Shown piece by piece: positions 14,001 through 27,853 of a DNA stretch of 64,000 nt. Source of the DNA: Antedon mediterranea (taxonomy: Eukaryota > Animalia > Echinodermata); NCBI RefSeq assembly GCF_964355755.1, contig NC_092672.1, forward strand, positions 31,006,437-31,070,436, in the 5' to 3' direction. Under the pieces are notes generated by a model. The model had not been told where the DNA came from. It did no database searches and saw only the letters and a program-made list of their open reading frames with translations. Each line of letters opens with the position of its first letter. Position 1 is the first letter of the stretch. A program made the position numbers and the translations under genes.

Positions 14001-17000
14001 ACAGAAAACACATACACGCCTGGAATTACACAAACAAATTTGCCAGTGTTTTTGTTGTAGTGATTTCCTACATTTGTAACTACTGTGTCATACTTCAATA
14101 TACCAGTAGGACGACCTGGGGATGTTTTAAAAACTGCGGAAAAGGCAGACTTTCTCTGAATTGCTCGGTCACCCTTTTGTCCTTTTTGACCACTTGACCC
14201 TGTTCGCCCTCGAAGCCCTGATTCACCAGGAAGACCATTAGGTCCTGATTCACCTGCCGGCCCTTGAGGTCCCTGTAGTCCTATTTCTCCAGGAACTCCA
14301 TTTGAGCCATTCCTTCCACTATCCCCTTTCATTCCTTCTTCTCCTTTCTCTCCTTGTTCTCCTTTCATTCCCGGTTCTCCATTTTGTCCTTGTCGCCCTG
14401 ATACACCTGGAATACCATTATTTCCTGGAATGCCAGGAACCCCATCTGTACAACAGCTATTACAAACTTCAAGATCAAATTCAGTAGAATTTATTACTTG
14501 AAGGACAGCAAGTATGAAAAACGTCTTAAATCTGAAATAAGAAATTATGTGCTGACTAGAATATAGAAAATTACATTTTAACATTAGAGAGCTTTCACAT
14601 CGAGATGGTAGACGAAAGGAGATGGTAATTCATATAAATATTAATTTACGCATGCGTATCAACCCAGTATACTCCACTCCTTTCATTATCGGGTCAATTT
14701 AAAGTTTGGTCCGATAAACGGAGCAAAGCTTATGACGTCATTTTGAAACTTTGAATGGCTGATCAGTACAAATTGCATGCATGTGGTAAAGTTCTTCATG
14801 GTTGGCTGTAAACGTAACTAAAACCTCAAACTATACTAGTGTTTAGACTGTCAATTCACTCAATGGTTCATCTACACTCATTACAAATCCTTTTAAGCCC
14901 TTTCAAGGTTTTGATGAGGTGTTCAAGTTCCTTACTTTTGAACTTTGAGCTCACGTGTACAGGGTATGAGGCCGAAGTCTAGAAGGCCTGTTATCACTTT
15001 TGCCTCGAAATCGACCATGCTCTAATAGTTTACCATCCCCTTTTGTTACCATCCCGATGTGAAAGCACAGCTAAGCTATTAAGAACCAAGATGGGTGTCT
15101 AGAAAACTCAGATCTAGAAAACTCAGATCTCAGATATATCCGAGTTTTCTAGATCTAGAAAACTCAGATATCTGGCTTTTCTAGATCTAGAAAGCTCAGA
15201 TATCAATATCTGAGTTTTCTAGTTCCAGAATGGAACTAGAAAACTTAGATCATCAAATGATTGGTTAGATCTGGAAAAGTCAGATATCTGAGTTTTCTAG
15301 ATCTAGAAAACTCAGATATATCTGAGATCTGAGTTTTCTAGATCTGAGTTTTCTAGACACCCAACCAAGACAGCTAAAATGGCTACCTTATCATACTTTA
15401 GTAAAAGAAATGTTGTCGCTCAGATACAAAATGTAATTTGAAGCCTATATCAATCTATCTATCTCAAAAGGTTCTTCAAGGATTTACAGTATGCTACTAC
15501 AGTAGTATATTTTAAACATATAAATGTATTTACTTACCCAAAATACATAATGGTTTCTTTAATATCTTGTACTTGTTGTTCAGTAACTTGATGTTTCTCT
15601 TGTGTAAAGTGAAGACAAGACAGTTTCACATCGTATTTAAGCAATCTTTCACACCCAAACACCGCTGTTCAATTTTACCATGTATGGTCATAATAGATTT
15701 CCGAATTTCTGATAGACAATCACCCTTTATTCAATTGTTGATGTAATACCAAAAAAAGGTGCGCCATATTATCTGATATCATATGGTTACCATCAAATTT
15801 CTTAATTGTTCGAGGAAATGTTGTTAATAAATAAGTACTTAATCCATGATAAGCTTGTTTGTGTCACGGCAACAATAGAATGGTTGTTTTTAAATATTGT
15901 TTTGATCATCTAATGCACTAATAATTATTAGAAGTGTGCTACATAGTGGAGTCTGTTAGGGATATTTTGGTTCACTTTTTTCCAAAAGCATCAAATTTGG
16001 TATACAGGTTGCCCACCCTATACAAATTCAATTTTTGATGGGCGCCAAGCAAAATGACCCCTTGGGTCACCTAATTTGCATAATTTTAAATGGCGGACAC
16101 TTTCGCTTAAACAGTCTATATCTCTGAAACTACTGGTCATAGAGAGTTGATTTTTAGCTCAAAATGTTCAGAACATAAACATTCCTATTTACTCTAATGA
16201 AGTATTTTAGAAAAAAATGACCGGAAGTACCAGTTTTAACCTTTGACCCATATTTTAAGGCATTGCCATATCTCAGTAAATAGTTGTCACAGACAGTTTA
16301 TTTAAGTGTCAAATTGTTCAGAATATATATGTTACTATTTAGTTTAATGAAACATTTTATCCAAAAATGACCGGAAGTACTCAGTTTTGCCTTTGACCGT
16401 TACGGTGTAATTACCAACCTTTTTATGGTTAATATATTTTGATATCCATAAAACTACTTGTCATAGAGAGTTAATGTTGGTGTCAAAATGTTCAGAACAT
16501 AAACATTTCTATTTACTATAATAAAGTTTTTTCTCAAATAATGACCAGAAATACCATATTTGACCTTTGACCTGTTTTTTCAGGCAAATTGCTATATCTC
16601 ATTATTGGGTTGGCGTGGAAAGTTCATTTTGGTGTCAGATTGTTCAGAATATATATGTTACTATTATGTTTAATAGAAGATTTTTCCAAAAAATGTCAGG
16701 AAGTACAGTTGACCTGTTACATACATAAAAATTAATTATAAATTTGTTCAAGTTAACTGTATATTTATAATATTTTGCAATCCACTTTTGAGCACTTGTC
16801 GAAGATGGCTACTTGCATGTGCAATTGAACGAAGTATACTGAATGAAGTTGAATATAGTCTTATTTGTAGTGAGTCTAGAGTAACGCAAATGAGAGAAAA
16901 TTGTATAGACAAAAAATACCCAATCTCATTCTCATCTAATCGAGTACTTAAATGAAGTCTTCTACACATTTAGCAATAATGTTTACTGATGAAATCTATT

Positions 17001-20000
17001 CAAGTTTTGTTTTGGAAAGTTAGTGTTTCCATCACTTGTGTTTGTTTGGTTGTTACATTCAGGGTAATTGTCCTATATTGCATTTCTTCGCTGAGTATCT
17101 TTCTTTAAAGGGCCTTCAAACTGGGGTATAACCTACTAATTAAAAGGATGGACATTTTCGGGATGCACAATATAAAAACTAGACTACTGTTGCCATATCA
17201 CGAACCACAACTGAAAAATATATTTTTTCCACCAGACCTAAAGTAATCCTTGGTCCGCCAAACTTGGCAGAATTCTCGAATTTTAATTTTAAAAAATTTG
17301 GCCATCATCTGGACACGATTTGGGTATTACAGTTTTGTTACTTATGACATTACGCCTTAGTATCATCTTTTTCATTATTGCCTTTTTACTTGATTTTTGG
17401 TTGATTAGTAAATGTTAAATTGTTGTTATATTGGAATTGGTAACAACTCTTGGCTTGTGTAACATAATGTATTGATGAGCTGTTTTAACCTCATGAACAG
17501 ATTTACTTTTATTACTTTCATTTCTTTTATGTACATTTTCAAAGTATTGAATGATGTGTCCTTTCTCATATCGAGTATTTGGAAAATAATGGCTTATTCA
17601 AACTTCTTTAGCAATCCTTGAACAGTCTGGTTGGTTCAGTCACCATAAGCACATGTATGGTAATTGTAATATTTTCAGTGTTCTCGTAAAGACGAAATGC
17701 CCCATCATGTTCTGAGCTTGAGTATGATATTGTTTCTTAGAAATGAGGCTAAACCTTTTTGTTGATTTTTGCACAACATTTCCATTCATAAAATTTGCAT
17801 TGTTCTCATAGTCAAGGACATGCAATACAGAGTTCATTTTAAGTTTGAAAAAAGGGCAATATATGAAAAAGAGGATACTAGAGCGTAACATGTCATTAGT
17901 AACAAAACTGTTCCTATTCATCCAATCTCTTCTAGATGATTACTGTATATGGTCGATTTCTTTTTTTTTTTTTATTTGAAAATCTTTGAGAACCACCAAG
18001 CTCGACGGTCCTTGGATGACTTAGGTCTGGAGGACAGAAATCTTTGGTGTCTTTTCCCCATTCAGTGGTTGTTCGTGTTATGGCAACAAAGAGAAATGTA
18101 GCAACATGAAATTGTTATGCAACAGCAAACACAAGTGACGGAAACACTAACTTTCCAAAACAAAACTTTTACTGGATTTCATCAGTAGGCCTACACATTA
18201 TTGCTAAATATGTGGAAGACTTCATTTAAGTACTCGATTAGATGAGATTGGGTATTTTTTGTATATACAATTTTCTCATTTCTCATTTACATCACTCTAG
18301 ACTCACTACAAATAGGACAATCTATTCAACTTTGTTCAGTATACTTTGTTCAATTGCACATGCAAGCAGCCATCTTCGACAAGTGCTCAAAAGTGGGTTG
18401 CAAAATAATATCATAAATATACAGTTAACTATACAATTAACTGAACAAATTTATAAATTTTATGTATTTAACAAGCCAATAACTATACTTCCTGACATTT
18501 TTTTGAAAAGTCTTCTATTAAGCAGAATAGAAACATATATATTCTAAACAATCTGACACCAAAATGAACTTTCCACTCCAACCCAATAATGAGATATGGC
18601 AATTTGCCTGAAAAAACAGGTCAAAGGTCAAATATGGTATTTCTGGTCATTATTTGAGAAAAAACTTTATTATAGTAAATAGAAATGTTTATGTTCTGAA
18701 CATTTTGACACCAACATTAACTCTCTATGACAAGTAGTTTTATGGATATCAAAATATATTAACCGTAACAAGGCTGGTAATTACATCGTAACGGTCAAAG
18801 GCAAAACTGAGTACTTCCGGTCATTTTTGGATAAAATGTTTCATTAAATTAAATAGTAACATATATATTCTGAACAATTTGACACTTAAATAAACTGTCT
18901 GTGATAACTATTTACTGAGATATGGCAATACCTTAAAATATGGGTCAAAGGTTAAAACTGGTACTTCCGGTCATTTTTTTCAAAAAAACTTCATTAGCGT
19001 AAATAGGAATGTTTATGTTCTAAACATTTTGGGCTAAAAATCAACTCTCTATGACCAGTATTTTTAGAGATATAGACTGTTTAAGCGAAAATGTCCGCCA
19101 TTTTAAATTATGCAAATTAGGTGACCCAAGGGGTCATTTTGCTTGGCGCCCATCAAAAATTGAATTTGTATAGGATGGGCAACCTGTATACCAATTTTGG
19201 TGCTTTTGGAAGAAACTGAACCAAACACCCTTATTTCAGCCCTAACAGACTCCACTAACACGAACTTCAATACCTCAAGATTTTTACTGTAACACATCAT
19301 CCTTTATTTAATAATTTGATAAGCTATAAACAGAAATATTACGACAAATGACAACCAAACTATGTTAATTCACTGTGTGGATGCGTAAATATTGGGACGT
19401 GTTTTCTTGCCTCGACACTGCTCCCTATTTATGTGATCCTTCTCTTTAAAACCTCTTTTAATACAGGGCCGTAGCCAGGATCTGTCAAGGCGGGGTTCGG
19501 ACACTAAATATTTGGGTCAACCCCCCCCCCCCCCCCAGCCTGATGCGAAGCGAATTTTGTTAAATGACACCCCTAGATGGCCGGAAAAGACACTCTCGTA
19601 AAGCATGCTATATAACCAATGAGCAAAAAGATCGTACTTTTTTCCTCCTCCTCAAACACGTCGATAATTTAAATGACGATAACTATTTGTTGCCGTATGT
19701 TAGATGCGCGTGCTCTGTGTGGAACCGCCGATTGTTTGATCATTTACTCCGTATTTTGTTTTGCGTTCAAGTTCAATGCGAACGTATATCTAGGAGCAGC
19801 CCCGAAAAAAGCACACTGGGTGAAGGCAAATGCTATTTGCTAGCTCTATCTATAATATTTATTTACAGCAATTTGTTGAGGAATATAAATATGTAAATAG
19901 GTGATATTGATACATTTTAGTACGTATCGGCTGGTGGTCTAGAAAAAAATAATCGGATGCCATAATGTGAACTACAGTACTTGATACCATAGACATTATA

Positions 20001-23000
20001 GTGTAAAATATTAATATTCACTATAATCCTCTATGATACATTATACTTCATAGTCACATAAATACTGATGTACGTCGGAAGGCTATATACTTTATGCATG
20101 CTGCCTGACTGCCAGTGATCTAAACAATTATAGGTACGCAGTTGTCTGGCGGTGTCCTTTGTACGAATCGTTCGTGCGCCAGCTCGCTATGAGACGCGTC
20201 AATATCATGTTACATGCAGGGACCAAACATTTATTTTTCAGGTTAAAATCGGCAATTCATTTGCAGCTTTTAGAAATTTACAGACACGTATCACTAGTTG
20301 ACGCTCATACAGAGAAGAAGGTTCACGAACAAGCTTACGAATTTTTCAATTTACAAACAACTTTTTGTACTGTGGGGCACGTATTTGGAGGATTTTTGGA
20401 GATGAGGGCGAGGTATTGGGCATGTCGGGGATGGGGGTTCGCAGTTGGTTAAGGGGGGTTCGCTGTAAAGGGGGGGTTCGCCCGAACCATAAAAATCCCC
20501 CCTGGCTACGGGCCTGTAATATCAGACCTTCTTAAGTTACCATCTATTAAGATTTGTTTGTACATTAAGGATCATACACATATCCTTAAGCTTTGTCTAC
20601 ACTATCAAACTAGTTTGAAGTGCAATGTGTGATATGCCCAAATAAGGCTGGTAGTGATTTGACATCATCATGTCCATATATGGGCATATCATATTATTTT
20701 GTCACAAAAAGTAAACAAGGCTTTAGTATGATTTCAAATGTATCCTGTGGAGGTACGTAGTCAAACAAGGACTAAGAAAGGACAAATTCCAGCAGGAGGG
20801 ACTAAAGAAAGAACAAAGTCCAGTTGGAGGGACTAAGAAAGGTCAATTTCAGTTTGGACCAGCATTGATGTTGGCACCACACTGATCGCGGTTATCCATG
20901 CCGGATGTGCGACACGATTTTAGTTGTGTTTACTCTCCATTTTTAAACATGTTCAACTAAACTCTGCTTCTTTTCCGACATATTTTGCACAGGTCAATTG
21001 AGGTCAGTATCTTGGAGAGCTTATGTTGATGAGTTGCTTTCAGATCCGTGGTGACATAAGTCAACCATTATTGATGTATGCATTTACAAACATGATAAAA
21101 GAAGGCGTACTATACAGTAAATAAACAACACACACAGTTATTATTGCTTCATGTTCAATCAATTTAAATAATGTATTTTAATTACCTATAATATTTTAAC
21201 AATGTACTTTTTTTCTATGTATGCATTTTAACTGTATGTATACTTAGTATGTGTTTTAAATACGTATTAATTTTCTATGTATTTCAGCTATTCTATCAGT
21301 ACTTATTTGCATATTATTTATTCACCAAAAACATGTTTTGAAAATTAGTATATTGCTTTTGAAGTTCAAAATATTTGTTTAGTATACTTTTGTTCTTCAT
21401 CATAAAATTTAACAACAATGTAAAAAAAACATTATATCTTGATATTCTATTTATATCGTCTTCATGTTACTTCATGTTGCATAAAGCAAGAAACCTGAGA
21501 ATGAGCAGGATCCAGGCCAAAGGTAGTAATTGTTTGCGGTGGAAAAAGCTGGCTGAGTCCATACTTCATCACCTACTACAAGATCAAGTATCACCATTGT
21601 GCTTGCAGAACCATAAGTTCTACTATCTGTTGTAACCTCCCCTCCCTTATGGTTGCTTGAACATGGCCATTTTGCATTAGGTATGTCATAAAACCATTAG
21701 GCTGCGTAGTTTTATATGATGTTACATGAAATACATAAACACCTGGAATTGCACAGACAAACTTTCCTGTGCTTATATTGTAATGATTTCCTATATTTGT
21801 AGTCATCGAGTTATACTTTATAGGGGCAACATCAGGATGAATCGAACCCTCATATGATTTAGCAAAAGTTGCTGTAAAGGCAGACCTAAGCTGACTAGCA
21901 AAAGCTTGTTCACCTTTTTCTCCCTTTCTTCCAATTGCTCCAGGTCGCCCAGTTAATCCTTGAGGTCCTACTTCACCTGGTAGCCCACTGAGGCCTTGAG
22001 GTCCTTTTGGTCCTAATTTACCAGGAATCCCATCTAATCCATTCCTTACATTATCTCCTTGTTCTCCTTTCATTCCTTGTTCTCCTTTCATTCCTTGTTC
22101 TCCTTTCATTCCTTGTTCTCCTATCATTCCTTGTACTCCTTTCATTCCATTTTCTCCATTCACTCCTTGTAATCCTGGAATGCCTGGACTCCCATTATGT
22201 CCTGGAATACCAGGAACCCCAGATGCACAACAGCTGTTACAACCTTCAGAACCAGTTTGTGATGATTTTATGACACAAATAAGAAAAAGTTGTAAAAAAA
22301 TTGTAAAAAACATTTTCAATCTGAAATCAAATAAATGTTAAGACTTATTGTGTGATACAGATACAGACAGACAATAACAGAGCCTAGTGTTGATTACCGA
22401 TTATTAAAGATTTAAACTTTATGTGTCTAGAAGAGAGGATAACAGCTGCTGGTTATTTTGGTCCATGTATATTATATAAATTAGTTATACAAAGATGCAA
22501 CTAGTAACTTGATTCTGAAGATTAAAAAATAAACAATTCTAACCTAAAGATTGGTCCTCACTTAGATGCAAAACATGGACGTAAGCCCCTGTAAGTAACA
22601 TGGACATAAGCCCCTGTAAGTAACATGGACGTAAGCCCCTGTAAGTAACATGGACGTAATTGCCCCTGTAAGTAACATGGACGTAAGCCCCTGTAAGTAA
22701 CATGGACGTAAGCCCCTGTAAGTAACATGGACGTAAGCCCCTGTAAGTAACATGGACGTAAGCCCCTGTAAGTAACATGAACGTAAGCCCCTGTAAGTAA
22801 CATGGACGTAAGCCCCTGTAAGTAACATGGACGTAAGCCCCTGTAAGTAACATGGACGTAAGCCCCTGTAAGTAACATGGACGTAAGCCCCTGTAAGTAA
22901 CATGGATGTAAGCCCCTGTAAGTAACATGGACGTAAGCCCCTGTAAGTAACATGGACGTAAGCCCCTGTAAGTAACATGGACGTAAGCCCCTGTAAGTAA

Positions 23001-26000
23001 CATGGACGTAAGCCCCTGTAAGTAACATGGACGTAAGCCCCTGTAAGTAATTTGACCAACCACAACACAATGGATCATCCAAACTGACACTTTTCATCAG
23101 TCAACACACTTGCATTGTGCCTACATCGTTATTTGACGTCCAAGTGAGAACCAAACTTATACACTACAGTGACTATACAACTTAAACTAAAATATACACA
23201 CATTAAACTTAATGCCAGTAATCTTTTAACAATACAACTGAGTGTACAAATGTACTTACCCTCTTAACATAATGATTTTCTTTTAATATCTTGTACCAGC
23301 AATTAATAACTTGATGTTTCTCTTGCATTAGTAAAGACAAGACAAGTTTCACATGCGTATTTAAGCATTTTTTCACATCCTAACAGCGTTGTTCAATGTT
23401 CTTATGGTCATAATAGATTTCCTCATTTTTCCCGTTCTATATTCAGTTGTTGACGTACAGCCAAACAAACATATGCCATATTATCCGGTATATCATATGG
23501 TTCCCACGATTTTCTTACTTGTTAAAGGTTTTTTCTTAAATTTTTCGAGGACATTTTAGTAACAAACAAGTACTAAATCCTCAACAACCTTTTTATAAAG
23601 ACAATATAGCTTTTCATGTCACGATAACAATGGAATGTTTTTGTTTTAACCATCTAGTAGTATACTGATAATTGATACGCCATCTGAACTTTAATACCTA
23701 ATGATTTCCGCCGTTTCCGTTCTTTTATAGCACATTCATTCATCTTTTTAATTTTGTATATAGCCACTCATAACCATGACTCTACTCAAAGGCTGATCCA
23801 AGATTTTGAAATAAAGGGGCCCCAGACACTAAGTATTTGAGACCCCCCTCCCCACCTATAGTGAGGCCTACTGTGAATTTAGTTAAATGGTCAGAAAAGG
23901 AATTCTCTCACATTCATGATAAATGGAAATTGAACAACCTCTTTTATTTCTCCTTATGGGCAAACGAATTGATTCAAACTACATTAAGTTCAAAGTTCAA
24001 AAACCTTTATCTTAATTAATACGCCTTGTTACTGTTAGTTTCTTACTTGTTAGATGTTTACTTAGAACTTTGCAAGTACTTTAACCTTTGACACAATTGC
24101 TACTGTTATTGAAAAATGTCAATGTGTCCCAAAAGAATAGGTTATATTTAACCTTAATTCCAAGTTCACTATTGGTGTGAAGTTTTGTGTTTTTCACAGG
24201 GAGTTGGTTACAACTCCCTGGTGTGAACATGTCTCTATTGATGAGTGGATTTTGGCTATTGACTTACATCAAACGTGGTCTGTGAAATGGACAAGTGTAC
24301 GTGGCCAGATTCAGACTCTTGCTTGTGAAGGAGGGTATAGAAAAGGACCAACATTTCACATCAAAAACACACAGAGATCCTGAGAAATGCCAACATGAGT
24401 ATAAAGACTTTTAACTAACTGGCATTACAGTTACAAGCTAAAAAGGTCATTAACCTTTTTGTATAAGTTTTGTTTTACACACCATAATCCACAAAGGACA
24501 AAAACAATTATTACAATATTTTACTCACGTTTACAAATTCCAATTCCATTTAAAGGAACATAACTTATTCCTTATCTGATGTAACAAAAATTGTATTCAA
24601 GTTTATGACTACCTCATACTATATAAGAAAGGTCACTTTACCTTGTTATCCCCATTGGACCATTCTCCAAATGCGTTTAACTCCTCGATCATCTGTTTCG
24701 CATACAGATCTGAAACCAACGGGAACCTATAAACATCGGGGCATGGCTAGAATAAAAATTAGAAGAGAAAATATTTACACCTACAGTAAATCTGAAAGTT
24801 TTCTAAATAAAACTCTTTTATTAAACTATACTTTTTAAGCTAACCTTCAACCATCTTAAAGGCTTCGGGTATAGTATCCCAGAATGACTTTTAAATCTAT
24901 CAAATTTTATTGATTTTTGGAGAATTATTACATTTAAAAAAAATTATTTATTTTAATCTTATATAGTATTTTTATTAGAAAAATATTTAGGTTTACAATA
25001 ATAGTTTTTGAAGAAAACAAAATATATAATGGAGTATGCCAAAATTCTGCTGCAGTAATTGCAGTAACTACCTATTTCTTAGCAAGTTTTTTTATTTGAA
25101 AATATTTTTTTCTGCAGTAAATGACATTAAAAAAACTAAAAGCATACAGTATGTTACCATAAACAAATATATACTGCAGTAACTGCAGTGGAACGCCCAA
25201 AAATTCAAATACAAAATTCAGACATTTTCTATACAAATATCCAATGAACAATTAATTAAAAGATGTTACACACAGGATGTCATTCATTAAAGAAAGTATC
25301 ACTTTACATTCATAAATGTAGTGTAGTTTTTTCATGCTGGCAAAATCTTACACAGAAGCCAGAGTTATCACACTTTACTTAGCAATTAACTTAAAATTTA
25401 ATAACTTTGCTTAAAGATTTATAAATCTAAAACAAAACTCAAAGCATTGTAGTAAAGAAAAATATATAATTTACCGATTCAATGTCAGTTTTTTCGTTCA
25501 ATGTATCCCAATAATCCGGTCGTAAATACAAACGTTCCCAATCCTATAAAGAAAAAGAACAGTTTTCATGACTAATCAATATTAATCAATAATCAATTAT
25601 AATCTATATCAATCAATATTTAGTAAAATCAATATTAATCATCAATGATATAATCAATATAAATCAATACTCAATATAATTAGTAATAATCAATATTAAT
25701 CAATACTCAATATAATTAGTAATAATCAATATTAATCAATACTCAATATAATTAATAATAATCAAATTATTCAATACTTATTTAATTAGTCATAATCAAT
25801 ATTAATCAATACTCAATATAATTAGTAATAATCAATATTAATCAATACTCAATATTAATCAAAATCAAACAATATTAATCAATAATCAGTATAACCCGTA
25901 ATGACCGATATTGAATTTGTTTTCAGGGAAATTAGGTACTGTGCTGGGCTAGCATGAAAGGCATGATTGTCTAAATTTCTCCATAATATCATTACAGTAC

Positions 26001-27822
26001 TATCATTCTTTCATTTCTGGTGTACTTTTTTAACAACAACGTGTATTGGCGGATTCAACATTTCGCATACATTAACTTTTCACAAACTATTTAAACAAAG
26101 ACATGTATACAGAAATAATTGAACTCACATAAAAACTAAATCAAGTTTTATCAAATTGTACAACATGGTTTATAGATATTTTGTTGATGCAATGAAATGA
26201 AATTAAATCAATTTTCATAAATTATTGGGATTGTTTAATTGAATGTTTCTTATGATAACAATAAGAAACGGCTTTAACAGTACAAATATTACTAATAAAT
26301 AATAGTATTGGGTGGTATCATTTAAAGATGATTTTTTCATTTCATTTTCCTTTCAACAAGACACAAATTTAATCATCTTAACAATCAGGGTCTTGGTTCA
26401 AATCATGTCTGAGGTCGGAATATTTTGACTCGATTGATACTTATTGGGAAAGTTAGTAAATTGTCTATGCTTCTTGTCAATGTGCCAATAAATAAATAAA
26501 TAATATCAATCTGGGAATATAAGGAGACACCTTTGGGATCAAAACAAGTATTTTGACTCGATTGACACTTATTGGGAAAGTTAATAAATTGTCTATGCTA
26601 CTTGTCAATGTGCCAATAAATAAATAAATAAATATCAATCTGGGAATATAAGGAGACACCTTGGGATCAAAAAAAGTGTCCCCTTAATAGGGATGTCACC
26701 TGAAGTGTTAAAACTTGTATTTCCTGTCATTTGGTCTACGAGAAAGTGTCCTCTTAATAGAGTTGTCCCAAGGGAGGAGTTCTACTGTATAGGTGCAACA
26801 TGTCATATAATGTATTTTTATTTAGCACATGATTCGTTAGAAAACATCAATAAGAATTGTTTAGCGACATTATTGTTTGCTCATTCATATAATAGTTAGT
26901 TTAAATGTTTCATTACATTGATATTTTTAGTTGTAACACGTTTTAATGTCATTTTTAATAATATATTAAATTTGTTTTTCTTGTTCTTTTTTATGTAAAT
27001 CAAATGTATATTTTATGGCGATTCTTTATTAGTGTTTTTCTTTATACACTGTTAACAAAGCAGTATAATACTGTCCCATAGTATTCTTTAAAATGTTGTA
27101 CACAGGCCCCATGGGACTATAATCGGACATATACAGGTATTGATGAATTTGCTGTGATGAATTACAAGTAATATCAACATAATTACACGAAAAATGAAAA
27201 AAAACTATTTCTACAAAAATTGTCATACATTATTTTTTAAAAGGAAAGTTTAAAAAAAGACTTTCGTTTTCATCATTCCCTAGAGTCCATCATTCAAAGT
27301 TTGCACCCGGTCAATTAATAGGTCACGCTGAAAAACTTACAGACAACCAGACAATGAAAGATAATACACATTATTTGAGAGAAAACTAAACAGGAGAATT
27401 ATCTTAAGAGGGGAAAAGTTGAGCATGGGAAACTCAATAGAATTTCTTCTGTTTTTTTAATTTAATAATGTTTTTTGGGGTTACTTCTTTAGTCAAAGAC
27501 TGTTCTCACAGAGGGCCCAGGTATGATCAGTGGCTGACAGTGACTGTGTACTAGTCCATCGGGGTAACCCCCTACTGTACTCATCTCTTTAAAGTGCACA
27601 TGAACTAAATGTGTACACTAGACCTACGGTTTATGGTCCTTATTCGAGAACACTTGTTCTACCACCAGAACCATGGAGCATGTGAGCCACGAACCCTGAT
27701 GTTATGGCTATGTGATTACGGTTCCACTGTCTTAACTGCTTGGCCACGCACTAAATTTGGCCTTTTGCCTAGTTAGGTTATATGCATGATATGCATATAA
27801 CCTCTTGATTCTGTCAAAATCT

Positions 27823-27853
<31 letters not shown>

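Noticed and set aside
14302-14487. Plus-strand hydrophobic ORFs here and at 22007-22273
   Set aside because: Antisense shadows of collagen Gly-X-Y codons
14532-14584. ORF-track start MLKCNFLY.. for C1q gene 1
   Set aside because: Intronic; a CAG acceptor at 14532-34 and an in-frame upstream ATG exon conserved in both paralogs give a proper signal peptide
16748-18547. Paired ORFs 16748-16969 and 18242-18547 as duplicated genes
   Set aside because: Mirror images within the TIRs of the Academ-like element; no recognisable domain
22539-23097. CRISPR-like array or three overlapping 170-180 aa ORFs
   Set aside because: Head-to-tail 25-bp units with no unique spacers in a eukaryotic intron; the ORFs are artefacts of a stop-free repeat
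22320-24642. In-frame PLOD-C1q fusion protein by splicing exon 16 to C1q exon 2
   Set aside because: Exon 16 ends in phase 0 and C1q exon 2 starts in phase 2; the join hits a stop after ~24 codons
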